Origin: Tubulanus polymorphus | Lineage: Eukaryota; Animalia; Nemertea | Direction of reading: 5' to 3' | Assembly: GCF_964204645.1 (NCBI RefSeq) | Contig: NC_134029.1 | Location: forward strand, 9,884,850 to 9,948,849 | DNA length: 64,000 bases | Shown: positions 12,137-26,259 of the stretch, one piece after another | Numbering within the stretch: position 1 is the stretch's first letter | How the letters are laid out: the number at the start of each line of letters is the position of its first letter | Made by a program: the position numbers and the translations under genes | Notes under the pieces: generated by a model | What the model saw: only the letters and a program-made list of their open reading frames with translations | Told to the model about the DNA's origin: nothing | The model's database searches: none

Positions 12137-15100
12137 CTACAAGAAATCAAACAACTAATGTTATGCTTTTAGAAATTCTATTTCATAGACAGCAGACTTT
12201 CTTATCTCAAATGCTTTCAGAACAAATCATCACTTTAGCAATGTGAACTAAGTTCTATTGTCCAACTTAAATTGGAATTCACCTTACTCAAATGAAAATC
12301 ACTGTTTCCAATTGATTCAAGTTAGGAGTCTACTGTATATATTTGACATTGGACTGGTATGAGCAGTAGACAAATTGGGCAAGCACTGGGCCATCCCACT
12401 AGCAACAAAAAATAATTTTTTTATAATGTTCAGTGAGTATGGTTTGCTCACAGTAGTAACTGTAAGTCACAAGCAGTGATACTTGACAAATTCCGACATA
12501 CATGTAGATTCATTTGAAATTTAAGCTTTGAATCATCTAGTTTATTCTAGTTTATTTATGGGAATACAAATCTAAACCACATGGTCATTTACTGCTGCAT
12601 ACCGAATAAATAAACTGCATGTTTGATGTCCAGCTCAAGTGCTCTCAGATGCATTCAGGTATTTTTGAATGTGTAAATAAGTAAAACCATATAAGAAGAA
12701 AACAAGAAAACTAAGAACTTTTTGGCCCAAAAATCACGTGGCAGTTTCCAGATCAAGTTTTTAACAAGTGGAACCGGAGATAGAAATGTTGCCCTGGTTA
12801 ACCCTTTTAAGCTCAAGTTTTTTACACTGCGACTACCCTAGAAATTCAATTATTTTCGGTCATTGTTGCGCTTTTCGACAACTCATATTTGAAGCCATTA
12901 AGTTAAAAAACAATCAGTCCTATGGCTTAGCAGTGACATAAACAATTGTAGACAATATTATGACCTTTCATATGATACCAGGTTTGAGTATTTTAGTTAC
13001 ATAGCATTGGTCAGTATTTGCCAGATTCATCAGAGGCGGGGCCAGGACTTGGCCTTGAGAAGTGTTTGATTTTCGTTGTCTATATCATAAATATCATCTG
13101 CACTTTTTTATAAAGTCATTGGATTCACTGTCTATTAGTTCTAAATCATCGTCTCCAAACTCATCATAAGCAATGATTTATAATAAAACTTGATCTATAT
13201 TCATGATTTTACCTTACTTATTTCGAAAAAATGACAAATTTTGACTCAAAAACAATGAATTGCAACCATCAGAAATTTTTACGGCGAATAATAGACAGAA
13301 ACGCCATCTACCGACTAATGATGTGCTATGATGAAAACCTGTAGGTGAAACGACAATAATTTACACTTTTAACAGCGCACCTAGGGTCAAGCATGAACTT
13401 AAAAGAGTTAAGGTTGGCACTTCTTGTAAATTGGCACCTGAAAAAATTTTGCCTCTTTGTATTCTGAGCATACTATCACCCATTGGCTGTTGTGGTAAAT
13501 GACAAAGGATCATTGTTTCCCATAGTAATTGTAATGTTTGCAGGCGCAAAATATTTGAATTTTTTGTCGCAAAAGTTTGAATCATCGAGAGCCCGGGATA
13601 CAAAGAGACAAAATTCTTCTGGAATTGGAATTATCGGTGCATCTCATTACAGGATAAAGATTGATACTGAACCAATTTCAGAAATTGCCAGTAGTCCCGA
13701 ATTTTCGGGGTATATTTAAGAAGTATGGAGAAAGGTGTGTTTATCGCCTTTCTTTATAATATAGAATAGACAAGTGAAGCCCGTTGCATCATGAGTAAAT
13801 TCATTATGAAACATGGCAGATGATTGAAGTAGGGATAACATATCGTTGGAGAATTATTAAGCACTTCTCCATTATCAAAGCCCATATTCAAATGCCTGTG
13901 CAACGTTTTATGGAAATCCCATCAAAAATTGCAAGCCATATTGTGCTAACTAGAAATTCAAGGTGGCTGCACTGGTAGCCATTCCAGATGGCTGATAACC
14001 CCCACTTTCAATTAGGATGGACATCACACCTGTTCCAATCCTCGCTCCAAATTTCAGGAAAACCCATCAAGAATTGTGAATGTATCCTGTGGGATCTCAA
14101 GGAGATGGCAGACGCACATTTACTAATAAAAGATGGCTCTCCCAACCAATTTTGAACAAATATTTAACTGATCTAGATCATGGTTTTTTATTTCTTAGAA
14201 ACGTGTTATCCAGTTTATGTTCCTACATAATCAATTTTTCACTTGTGAAGGCCTTGATATCTCATTTCTCATAATATCGCTTTCTTTATAATATAGAATA
14301 GACAAGTGATGCCCGTTGCATCATGAGTAAATTCATTATGAAACATGGCAGATGATTGAAGTAGGGATAACATATCGTTGGAGAATTATTAAGCACTTCT
14401 CCATTATCAAAGCCCATATTCAAATGCCTGTGCAACGTTTTATGGAAATCCCATCAAAAATTGCAAGCCATATTGTGCTAACTAGAAATTCAAGGTGGCT
14501 GCACTGGTAGCCATTCCAGATGGCTGATAACCCCTACTTTCAATTAGGATGGACATCACACCTGTTCCAATCCTCGCTCCAAATTTCAGGAAAACCCATC
14601 AAGAATTGTGAATGTATCCTGTGGGATCTCAAGGAGATGGCAGACGCACATTTACTAATAAAAGATGGCTCTCCCAACCAATTTTGAACAAATATTTAAC
14701 TGATCTAGATCATGGTTTTTTATTTCTTAGAAACGTGTTATCCAGTTTATGTTCCTACATAATCAATTTTTCACTTGTGAAGGCCTTGATATCTCATTTC
14801 TCATAATATCGCTAAGCCGCCTGCATCACTCCCGAAAGACAAAATAAAAAGAAAATAAAGGCCAATGGTCCAGTAGCTCGCTAAACTAATGTAAAATAAA
14901 AAATTTGTCATGGAGGCTACTAGTAAGCAAAAATTCATTTCATTGAAAATTTAAAAAAAAGAAAAAATAAATCAAATAGGAATTTTGGTCAGTGATAACT
15001 GACTTTTTAACGAGAATGAAATCTTCGAAAAATTGATTATGGGAATTTTGTCTCAACAAATTAATGTTTATTGTAATACATCCCCGGAATGACAACAACT

Positions 15101-18100
15101 AAAACTATGAGTGACCAAGTTTATGCAAATTTGAGGCCAGTGCCAGTTACTAACGAAATAAAGTTTATTGACTGCCATTTTTTAGAATAATTTCACGATA
15201 GGATTGCTTTTAGTAGGCAGGCAAGCTTACATCTTCACTCAAGACAAATCATTGTTACGCGCGATATACACCGTAGCGCGCATTGACTGATACATACACG
15301 CAGTGAACAAGAGAGTATAAGGCGATATCGTATACGCGACTGTACACGACTGTTTTCAACGCAAACGCTCATCACTGTACTACGATTTACAAACTAATAC
15401 AAATAATCAGGCTCCAAAACGGATCGTCAATGCGAACGTCAATAAAATGACTTCAATGATGATAAAACAATTATTCCAGTCGTGTAAATATCAGACTCAT
15501 CTTAAAAAATTTGATGCTAACAGCTGATCAGTATCATCAGTGAATCAGCCGTGTGGCAAACACGGAAGTAAATTTCCGCAATTTGAAACCAGAATTTCGT
15601 CAGATATCTTGATGCAACGTTACCTTGTGAACGTGATTTCAAAACTAGATGAATCATTGAACACATCGCACACAATAAATCGTTATATCATACGCCTTGA
15701 GTATCAGTATTCATGAAACATTTTCATCAAATTACTTACACTTTCGGTTTCTGAACAGTAACCCAAGATCCATATGCACTGGACCGACTTTTTTTCGGAA
15801 CTGGTTCTGCAGTTTGTGTGGGAGTGACTTCGGCAGGAGAGGGTGTGACTGCTGGCATCTCTCCAGGAATCGGAATATCTTTTATTGATATCTCAACACC
15901 GATGATAGCTGCAGTAGCGCTGGCAACACTACTTTCTTCACTTCGCTCTTTTAAATCCACAGTAGGAGCAGTGTCTTCAACTTTTTCATCTCCATTGTCT
16001 TCCTAGAAAAAGGATCAGAACAATTAATATGCTCAGAGTTAGTATCATTCATGGCTTCATGGACATGTAGAATTACTTCAATGATTCAGTTTACCGTAGC
16101 TTTTGAATATGAGGTTTTATAGCAATCAAACACATCCTTATCTCAAGGTCAAGAATTAGTTATAAAGACAGCTCAACTGAGATTGTTTCAATAAAAGCAT
16201 AAAATATGCGTTCACAACATAAGTAGCTAGCCTCGACTAAGTGTCGGTGTACGTGGAGGGGGTACAGAGTTGACATTGACGGCTACATAAGGGCACCACC
16301 ATATCAACAGAGCTGATGGAGGCTAGACGCTGGGACCATCAATGAGCTGTCTACAGAAACTCCAGCCACAGCTTCCTGAAGCTTGCTTACTCGAGCCATG
16401 GATGTTCTAGAGCTCATAGCCCATACCCAGGTAAGTGAATTAGTGTGCCCACATCAGCTGAGACTTACTGAGACTCAGCTTACATGGAACCCTAAGTAGT
16501 GAATTAGGCCCTACGTCCATAGCTGAGGCATTTGCCTCCCAACATTCTTGAGCTGAGTTTGCTACTACTAATCAGTCGTCCAGGTAAACAAACAGATGAA
16601 TCCCCTGGACCGAAGCAGTGGCGTTGGGGGAACCTACCCTGGTAAGACTATCCAGGATAGATGTCACAGCAACAACAGCAGATTTAGGCAGACTGTCCTA
16701 ATCCGGTATCTGGGCAAATATGTGTGAACTCTGTGCATCCAGGCAACTGTGACTATAGCCGCCTTCTAACGACAACTAGTTAGACCGGTCTAAATGGGTC
16801 TGTACCTGGTCCAGTCCAAATTTAGACCAGACCAGAACACTTGTTGATAAAATCACTTGTCACCGGGCTCACAAGATGTCGCCATGTGCTAAAATATTAA
16901 CTAGGCCTGGATAAAGTCTTACTTCCAGATTCCAAGTAGAGCGAGGCATTCTTCATTTGACCAATTCGTTCCTCTGTTGGGTTAAGACATTTTTGACAAT
17001 TCGATATTATTCTATCACACCAAAACTCAGTGTCGTTTAAACACGATTCAAAACACGGAAATAAAACGGATGATGATTGCGACATACGAATACGAATATT
17101 TGTTACGCTCCGAACATTTCCGTGGTATAGGAGGAAAATACAGTACTTAAAATTAATTAATTACATAAAACCATTTAAAACTTAATAAACTGGACTCACA
17201 CTCTACCGCAGAAGTCGCGACATCGACCGCTGAGATTCAGAATTACGATTTAGACTGGACCTGGTACCAGTTTCTGTCCACACACATAGATTTAGACCAG
17301 TCCAAAATTTTGACAGGACCTGGTTCGCTCTTTTAGACCGTGCTAAATTAGACCGTCTAAACTAGAATCTTATTTGGAACAATATTTTTTCCCGTGTGAA
17401 TGCTTGGTCCGGTCTAAATTTCGTCGTGTGAACCCACCTTATGATCCACATGACATGGCGTTGCATGATAAGATGAGCTGAAGAGGGCTTAGCACTTGTT
17501 GCCCCATGCATAACAAAGAACTCATCAATCAGTGATGTAAACAACATATTACCTACAGGCTCAGTGAGTACCAAGTGGGATGGTGAATTAGAATGTCGTA
17601 GCTTACAGAAGTATAGGGGAGCTCCTGCAGTAGGAGGTAACCCATGAGGGGTTGAGACAGGAACGTCGCCTAATGAATTTCTTTTGCCCTCTGGAACAAG
17701 TTCTTCATTGAAATTTGAAACTACTTTAGCATCCAGAACATCATCAAGTCGGCCACCTTGATTGGAGCAGTTTTTGGGCTGTAGATGTTTCAAGGGCAAA
17801 AATGTATGATCCAAATATCAAGATAATCCACTGAAGTTTCTTCAAAAATTCTCAGGATAACTGAATTTCATATACGGACAGACAACAAAGAGTGAAGGCA
17901 ATAGCCCGGGGTTAAAATTTTTTGGAGCAATTTTTCCAAATTGTCAAGAAGTTTAAGTAAGCAGCATTATATTTGTGATAGTAGATTCCCGATACTTACT
18001 AATTCAGCAATTGAACTGTCTCTGTCTGTCTCCTGAATTGTTGACGATGGATTGTCTTCAGTAGCTGTTATATTTTCAATTCCTGGACTTTCAGTCTCGG

Positions 18101-21100
18101 CTGCTATCGAATCCAACATATGAACTATGCCACTTGTAGGTCTCTCCCATGTTGACTCTAAAACAGTAAAAATCACAAACAACTGTATTTTAGGTCCCTG
18201 CTAGAAAAGGGTGGCTCTAAATGCTTTCAAATTAACCATTGGTAATAAAAAATTGATGAGAATTAATTGATTATTAAATCATGTTGACAATTCAAAATCA
18301 TAAAATATAATTGATTACCAATTACAGTTTTCAAGAAGATTGATTGTTCATGAAACAAATCTCTCAACTTGCCGCACCCTAAAGCTATCAGTTGAAGGCT
18401 CACAAGAAATCTTAACGATGAGCATGAACTATTGGTGTTATCATTATCTAAAAATTATCAATTGGTGCAAGAACATCATGCCCACTCGGTGAAAAAGTCA
18501 ATATTCAACGCACCCTGGTGAACAAGTACAGTAATCAGTAACCTTGAAACTCATTGCAATCATGAATTTGTCATAGGCTGCAATTTTGAAATGTATTGTG
18601 GTTACAAGATATGCCTGGGTACCAACATACGTATATGGAAATACCATGTTATACTGTTTTTCATTACCCCCTGGTGAACATATACAGAAACTCATGTCCT
18701 TGGAGACCCTCACCCCCCTTTTTTCAACGGATTTCCATTGATCTGAGGAATGACAAGAGCCCCATGGGGCTTGACGCGGCAGCTTCAAAAATTATTAAAG
18801 ATCTCAAAGACCTGGGCTTCAATCATAATTTCATACTTCAAATGCTCGACGAACAGGCTTTTAAATCATTTCCAAGACTTTTTTGCCGAACCTTGAATTA
18901 AATGGAAATATCAAGATAAAGATTGCTCTTTACAAAATTATGTATGAATGATTTTTTTCAACGTGGTGTTTTGGCGGAATTTCAGAGGGAATCTGTGCTT
19001 CAAGTACATGTAGTTAAAAGCCTGTCTCCACTTAAACCAAGAAATTTTTTTCCGGGAAAGTTTTACGAAAATCCGTCAAATGAAACAATCTCAACGCACA
19101 TTACATCATGGAACTCATGAGTTCTATAATTAGATGTAAAAATCACACGACTCATCATCCCTAGAATCCTGATGAAGGAATCTAAGACTGAGATTGTTTC
19201 TGAACAGTCACGCACCAGTAGAGGAGAACCTCAAACCACAAAACGCGCGTAGATCTTCAAACAGTACCAAATTCAGAGCGTTCAGTACGAATACCGACAA
19301 TTCAAATTTTCGTTCTTTCCTAGAACTGCCACCCAGTGGAATCAGAGTACTAACGACGAGATCGACCTTACCTGTGCCACACCCCGTTGCACCGCTGAAC
19401 AATAAGCACCCACTCCCTGTGTCACCAATACGTGGTCAACGCAGTATCATAATCAATATCAAGAATATACGTGGTAGTTGGATTTCCCCAATGACTCTAA
19501 TAGACATCTTCAATCTGTACAATGTACGCCACCAGGATGCTGAACGATTTCATTTATTACATACACTGTGTATGAAATTGAAATGAAATCTGTTAGATGA
19601 TTCATTATAATTAATTAAACAATTATCACGATTCATTGCCCCTTTTTGATTTCAACATATTTGTTCATCAAGCCAATCAGTGCGCATTAAAAATATGTAG
19701 CCCGGGCGCGCTTGGTGGCTTCACACTTCACAGAGGTTCACGCACGGAGAAAATAGGCTGCCCCAATATTTCATCTATCGACGATTTTTTTTCCCTTTCA
19801 CATGTGAAACCTGGGCAATTTTACCTCCAATAACCATGGTCGGGCCTACCCAACCAATGTTTGCTACCGATGTGTCTGTTAGATGCGTGTTCTTTGATCA
19901 CAGGTGCTTCGACATGTATCACATTTACATTTACACGTTTGACATGTACATGTTACAGGATAAAAACCACCATGTTACAGGATAAAAACCACTTGCAGTG
20001 AAAAAACTGCAATTTTTGCTAATTTTTAGAATTGCATAAACGTGACTCATTGATCGAGCTTATCGACTTGGGGCAAAACTTTTGTCGAAAGATTTAAAGG
20101 ACAACTAGTTAATGACGATAATGCGTGTTTGAAATTAAATTTCAGTGGTTTTAGCAGCAGCTTAGCGAAATTTCGCTGATAGCATTTTATTATTGTGCAA
20201 AGCCATTGCAATGTACAAGCGGAGCTGCCGCTAATAAAAACTGATTGAAAAGGTGGAAATCCACTGATCGGCTGAAAATTATCATCCCTGCACTATTCAG
20301 AACTGGAAATTGGAAGCTATATCCGCTGTGTTTAGTTCATTAGGGCTTTCTGCTCCTTTTGCAGAAACCCTAGTGTTATTCTGCAGATTACGATTATTAC
20401 GGTTTTCTGTTGCAACCAAGGAAGATCCTTATTTACAGCTATATATATATAACAAACATGATATGTTTGGACAGCATGCGTGTTACCTTCCATTTTAAAA
20501 GTTTCAGCCCTATTCACCATAACGTTAGTCACGTGATCATGTGTTTATTAAGGAATTAACACATCGTGAGGTCGGTGTATAGTGCACCTTGAAATTAACT
20601 ATTCAATATCGATTCACCTGTACGGTGTGATATATGCAAATTAGTTATGCAAATCTTTTCCTGCAATTTTATGAATGTGATGATATCAACCTGAATGATT
20701 ATAGCAACAGCCCACTGGATATGCCACAAGTAGGCCAAAAACCATGCGTATTAAAGGTGAGAATGTAAATTTCCTCTAATATGAGCAAGGCACATATTTA
20801 CCAAAATTTTGGTGTGTAGCATGAGAGACCTAAGGTTGAATGATCGAATATTTGGAAATTCATGGCGATTGGTTGTAATTTATTACAAACCTGCGGAGAC
20901 ACTATTCCAGTAATAACTATAGCCTTCTTCAGTCTTAGCTTCAAACCATTCTTCCTGAACTTCCGGTGGCTTTGGAGCGGGGCCAAATAATTCATGTTTT
21001 TTCGGTTTTTTTGGTGGAGCTTGCGGTTTTTTAGGTGGAGCTGTCAGTGGTGCTTTTGCTGAAAATAAGACACAGACACAGTGGTTTAAAGTACTGCTAA

Positions 21101-22881
21101 CTGATAATGTTGAACCTGATAAAAGAGAATGTTGAAGTAACGCAGCAAGTTCTAAATCATTAAAAATCAAAAAATTCAAAACTGGAAATGTTACTGATTT
21201 ATTATTTTCTTTTCAAAATAGGACCGATTTGGTATGAAGAATAAAAGAGAGTGTGAAAGTGTAAAAGGCACACTGTGCAGTGTATTTGATGTCATAGGGC
21301 ATACATGGACTGAATCTTAAAACTCATTCCATGAGTAAATTTGAATTGGAAGTTTATATAATATGGTGCGGTTATCTGGAAACCCGGACTGAAAAAACAT
21401 ATAGATAATCTCAAGAGGGTCCATCACCATTTTACTAAGCTGCTTCCTGGCATGAGAAACCTGGCCTATAAACATCCGTATATTGAATCTCCCTACACTT
21501 AGCTACTGCCGTCGGAGGCGACATGATCAATGTCTAGAAATATTGCAAGAGATTGATGTTTCTATCCTCCTTACTTTAGACAACAATTACAGGCAACTGC
21601 GAGGCAACAGCCTAAAGCTGGTAAAACTGAAATGCAGGACTACTCGAATATTCTCCCGGATGATGTCCTAACCTCAACAACTGTGGATTGTTTCAAAGCT
21701 CACTTCGACTGTCATGCTAAGGCGACCAGCCATATTTTTGCTGTCTGATAGATACATCGCTTGCCACCAGACACCAATTGACAGTAAACTTGTAAAGTGT
21801 CAAATCTGGGAGTTGTTCTAGTTCTGATAAAATCACCAAGAGCTCAAAGCCCTGCGTCATTAGTGTTTGACCAATTAGAGCAAAATCATTTGTTCTGGGT
21901 CTATGGAAAAATCAGTTCCACTTGTGATTTCCCACAGGAAAATCTACATGGAATAAAATATTTGAATAAAATAGTGTGATGAAATAATTATTGGTCTACT
22001 ACAGTGAAGTGAGCCGAAAAAGGTAGAATTCCATGTATCCTGCGATGCCAATATTGAGAAAACCGTTTTCTGGTTTGATAGCCAGATCACTCTCAATAGG
22101 CTTAACAGTACAACAAATTATCACTATCAGGGGGGATATTTGAGCCATAAAATTCGATGAGATATGATACTGCCTGACAGCCGATAACTCAAGCGATTTG
22201 TTGAAAATACAATCAATCACATGAGAACAATTAAGAAATCGAAACTGAAGTGGTCTATTTTCAATTATTCCTAAAAATATCCTGCTTTAACACTGGGAAC
22301 TTTCATTTGTTTTTCATATGAACGCTAAGCAAGGAACCTCCAATACCTTTATACTTATCACGATACTTTGCAGCATTTTCTGGATCTTTTATCTTCACTC
22401 CATATAAAGCTGCCATTGATGGATCATTCACGACATCCCTCTTAAAGGCCGCCATAGCTGCCTAGAAAATTCATGAAATCTCATAAAAACTTAAAACATA
22501 TACGTCAACTCATCTTGTACAACAATTACAACAATTGTTGTTCCCATCAGATTATAAATAAGTACGCTTCACTCGTAGATGTGTGAGCGACAGTGGCGCT
22601 GTAATAAGACATTTTCACATAATCCCTAACCTTTTCCATAGCTTTAAAATCATCAGACTCTTGTTGCTTCTTTTTCTCAGTTTCCCCGCCTCTCTTTCGA
22701 ACCTGAGAGAAAAGATGAAATTTGATGATGAAGTTGTGCAGTAATTTGATTAATGACACGCTATTTCAAAAGAATATTAAACTGACTGCTGTTTGACATT
22801 TCAAAATCAATCATTTACCTCAGAAATTCTTTTACTGACATTTTCTTGATGTCTTTTGCCCTTCTCATGGAAATCAACACT
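11923..22881 (-). CDS. WBP4: WW domain-binding protein 4 (FBP21), spliceosomal; 5' exon(s) not found in window
   Basis: Phase-consistent exons on -: 22819-22881 (SVDFHEKGKRHQENVSKRISE, second half of U1 zinc finger), 22631-22702, 22347-22461 (AAMAAFKRD), 20891-21058 (WFEAKTEEGYSYYWN, WW), 18000-18157 (ESTWERP), 15740-16002 (AYGSW), 11923-12136 (FKKRK..SRNIRRRDEED*). These follow the order of known WBP4 motifs. Confidence 0.9.
12802..13407. mobile_element. Non-autonomous piggyBac MITE in a WBP4 intron
   Basis: TTAA|CCCTTTTAAGCTCA ... TGAACTTAAAAGAG|TTAA. Confidence 0.75.
13742..14811. repeat. Near-perfect tandem duplication, ~532-bp unit x2
   Basis: Identical 64-aa ORFs at 14080 and 14612 (offset 532). 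I see about three differences between copies, with TATCGC at the junctions. Confidence 0.95.
19140..19420 (+). mobile_element. CR1/L2-group LINE ORF2 3' fragment
   Basis: aaattttcgttctttcctagaactgccacccagtggaat encodes KFSFFPRTATQWN, the conserved LINE C-terminal motif. Confidence 0.6.
20891..21058 (-). CDS. WBP4: WBP4 exon with N-terminal part of the WW domain
   Basis: EWFEAKTEEGYSYYWNSVSA joined across a phase-1 intron to ESTWERP in exon 18000-18157. Confidence 0.88.
21350..21720 (+). mobile_element. CR1 LINE 3' fragment (decayed)
   Basis: RV..HHFTKLLPGMRNLAY..LNLPTLSYCRRR.DMI..LRGNSLKL, typical of the CR1 ORF2 tail. Confidence 0.65.
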
Positions 22882-23034
22882 CTACAAGGAAAAATCTATA
22901 TACTTATTGTTTAAGGATTATAATGCTCTACACCATCACATAAAAAGTAGTTGTTCAAACTACTCACTTGAATCAGGTATCATTCGATTCGGACAACTCT
23001 TGCATTATTATTTTATATTATATGTTTCATCTAT

Positions 23035-23192
23035 GAGAATATTCGTAGTGTTAACCTGGTTTAAAATAAGTGACGAGATGAGTAGTACTACATAGGTTAA
23101 CTATTTATTTGACGCACGAGCTTTCGCTTCTAATGTATAGAAGCTTCATCAGGTGAATGAGTCACCTATATAGTACTACTCGTCTCGTTACT
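23035..23192 (-). mobile_element. Penelope-type pLTR fragment with inverted ends and 14-bp TSD
   Basis: Inverted repeat 23066-23097 / 23164-23195; TATGTTTCATCTAT duplicated at 23021-23034 and 23193-23206; contains a hammerhead core. Confidence 0.7.
23115..23155 (-). ncRNA. Minimal type I hammerhead ribozyme (Penelope-type)
   Basis: Minus strand reads CAC-CUGAUGA-A-GCUUCUA-UACAU-UAGAAGC-GAAA-GC-UC-GUG: intact core, 7-bp stem II, palindromic AGCU in place of stem III, CAC/GUG stem I, AAUAAA downstream. Confidence 0.7.
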
Positions 23193-23335
23193 TATGTTTC
23201 ATCTATTAAAGAGCAAATGCCATTAAAATAGAATATTGTGTAAAAGTCATTTTCAAATGTGATGTATTCACAAATGTCAAATATGCTACTGGTTTGAATT
23301 TAAGTTCAGACATTACTGAGAAATACGACTTTTAA

Positions 23336-26259
23336 CCCTTTCACGACCTATCCGGTATGACATACCGGATACAGAAAACACGAAACTGCCCAGTCCGGTA
23401 TGACATACTGGATAGAGATATACTGTTCAAATCACCCGCTATTTTGGTTACTGTATGGTGCTGCCACTCGCAAAGTGATGTTGCACCAATGAGACACCGT
23501 ACTTCACAAAAACGAAAGTAAAAATGGCTGCGCCCAGTAAAAAAGGCAGCGGTAACAGAAAATTATCAGCAAATGAAGTTTTAGATCGAATTTTAGCTGA
23601 CTCTGATTCTGATGACCAGGACATTGATGTCGGCGATGATTTAGAGTTCAGCAGGAACGAAAATGCAAGTGATGAGTACGATTCTGATTCAGATGAATTA
23701 TATGATGACAGTCTTTTAGATGATAGTTCACTTAGTGCCTATCCAGTTGCCATGGTTACGCATGAACACTCATCTGATGAAAGTAATGATTCTGTTGCTC
23801 AGCCTATAGCGAGAGGGCGTCCAAGACAGAGAACTGCAGGCCCAATTAGGCTCGTGGTATGGGACGTGGACGTGGCCGTGGTCAGGGACGTGGCAGTGGT
23901 GGAAATGTCGTTGTGCAACATGTAAGGCCTAATCCTTGGAACTGGACTGACACTGTGACTGGATATGCACCTAAAAATATTCCAGTTACAGCTGTAGAAC
24001 GTGTAAGGCATCGTTTTAACGAAAATGATAACCCTAAACCCATCGATTTTTACAATCTTTTCGTTACGGATGAACTTTTATATCTGATTATACGGGAAAC
24101 AAACCGGTACGCGCGTCAATACATAGCGGCCAACGGTGAAGAAGTGCCATTTGAATGGAAAGATGTGGATTTGCCAGAAATCAAACATTTATCGGTCTAA
24201 TGCTGATGGGAATAGACAATTTTCCGTCGATGCGGATGAATTGGAGTGCAAATGAACTTTTCCATACACCAATTTTTAGCCAAACAATGACGAGGAACAG
24301 GTTCGAACTCGTACTACGTTTCTTGCATTTCAATGATAATGATCAGATGCCAGACCAAGCAGATGCTAATCGCGACCGTCTATATAAAGTTCGCTCTCTA
24401 ATAGATTTCTTTCGACGCAAATTTCGTGCGATGCTTGAGCCCGGCCCAGATGTTTGTATCGATGAATCCTTGCTCCTCTATAAAGGTCGTTTACACTTCA
24501 AAGTTTATATTTAAAAAAAAACGAGCGCGTTTTGGGATGAAACTGTACAAGTTATGTACACCAAATGGTTACACAATTGACTTTTTGGTTTACTGTGGCT
24601 CTCCAGAGCCAAATGAGACATCAGGTTTTGAGGAACTTTCTGCAACTGAGAAAATTGTCGGTACTCTGATGGAACCACATCACCATATGGGTCGCTGTCT
24701 TATTGTGGACAATTATTATACCTCACCGCACTTGGCTAAATGGTTGTTAGATCAAGGAACTTACATTGTCGGAACTTGTAGGAACAATCGTAAGATGTTT
24801 CCAGCAGATTTGAAACTGTTGCCTGTGGACAAAGGTAAAACGGCATTCTCTGTTGAGAAGACGCGTCAAGTTTTAGCTATAAGGTTTCGAGGTATCAACG
24901 ATAAAGCTAGTGGTAAACCCAAAATTGTACATTTGCTATCAACAAAACACATGCCAGTTACAGAATTTGTAAAGTTTGACCACAAAAATAGAGAAATTAT
25001 AAAGCCAAAAGCGGTAATTGATTACAATCATAAGATGGGAGGTGTAGATCAAACCGACCAACAGCCCCACTCAATTCATACTGTTTGGAAAACGTACAAA
25101 TGGAGCACTAAACTAGCCGTTCACTTACTTATGCTAGCAGCCTTGAATGCTCACAAAGTTTGTAAGATGTCGTACCCGAGAAATGAGTTTCTTGGATTTC
25201 TCAAAGATGTTATAGCTATTCTGTTGACATCATCTCCGCGTCTCAGTGCCAATGTACTTCGGGATACTACCGTAACTCGTTTAACCGGACGCCACTTCCC
25301 GAGAGCTCGAGGCAACATCCCATCAGGTGCGAGGCGCAAAACTAAGATTTGTAGGGTTTGCTATGCCCGTGGATTTCGAACGGCTAATGGAAAACCAAAG
25401 GAAACTGTATTCATTTGTGTCAACTGCCCAGATCATCCTGGATTACACGTAGAGTCCGACTGTTTCTATGTCTATCACAATGTGCTGGACTATGGAGTAG
25501 AACCCGTGGACAATACAGACTATTGAATGGATTATTGTGTAAGAATACAACTAAATAACATGAAAAAAGAACTGATAAGGTAGGATCTAACTTTTATTTC
25601 ACATTCAATAGGATAACAAAGTATGTATATAAGTTTTACAGATAAATTGCGCTTTTCGGTCAAACTTGAAAATCAGCTTACCTATGGTATAAGGGTATAA
25701 AAAGAAAACATAAAGAGATATTTATAAGGCATACCAAAGGTTCTTCTTCAATTCTAGGGGATTTATAGTGTTATTTCACTATTCTAAGATTAAAAGCTGT
25801 TAAATTTTGTGTGGGGTTCTATGTTTATTGTGATTTTCAGGTTTGACCCAGAAATAAGGGGGCGCGAAAAATATTTTCTTTTCAGTAAAAACTGAAATTG
25901 TTGATTTTTCCCATGTTTGATAGTTACAGTGCTGCTAGTAGACCAGTTGATGTTCAAAATAAAGTTTGTTTTATGTTGCTATAATTTTTTTTAGTTGTGA
26001 AGTGGTCGTTTCCGTATAATTTTAGTCGAAAAATGTTGCTTCCGCAGCCATATTGGATCACGTGACCTTGACCTGGGGGGTCAAGGTCACTAATTTTTTT
26101 GCAGGAAACGATAGCCCCATATGTTTTCTATGTAGATAGTATGTTCATACTAGCTGTCTGTAAGTCATTTCTTTTTCCTGGGATCATTATGTATACAGGT
26201 CAAATATGGGCAAAATACCTCCGGGCCATTAGAGAACATATAGTGCGGTCACGAAAGGG
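23336..26259 (+). mobile_element. Full-length piggyBac element #1 (PGBD4-like), transposase frameshifted
   Basis: TTAA TSDs; TIR CCCTTTCACGACC / GGTCACGAAAGGG; subterminal repeat TCCGGTATGACATAC(C/T)GGATA x2. Confidence 0.93.
23524..25526 (+). pseudogene. piggyBac transposase pseudogene
   Basis: Acidic N-terminus, CIDES / IVDNYYTS / MGGVDQTD catalytic motifs, C-terminal Cys-rich domain; split over 4 ORFs by frameshifts. Confidence 0.92.

Noticed and set aside
14080-14806. Duplicated 64-aa ORF as a gene pair
   Set aside because: By-product of the 532-bp duplication; no recognisable protein features.
16200-17820. Repeat-like tract (TTAGACC motifs) and 150-aa ORF at 17362-17814
   Set aside because: Probably mixed non-coding TE debris; no termini or protein motifs I can support.
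19165-19205. Second hammerhead candidate (CTGATGA + stem)
   Set aside because: No GAAA core after the stem.
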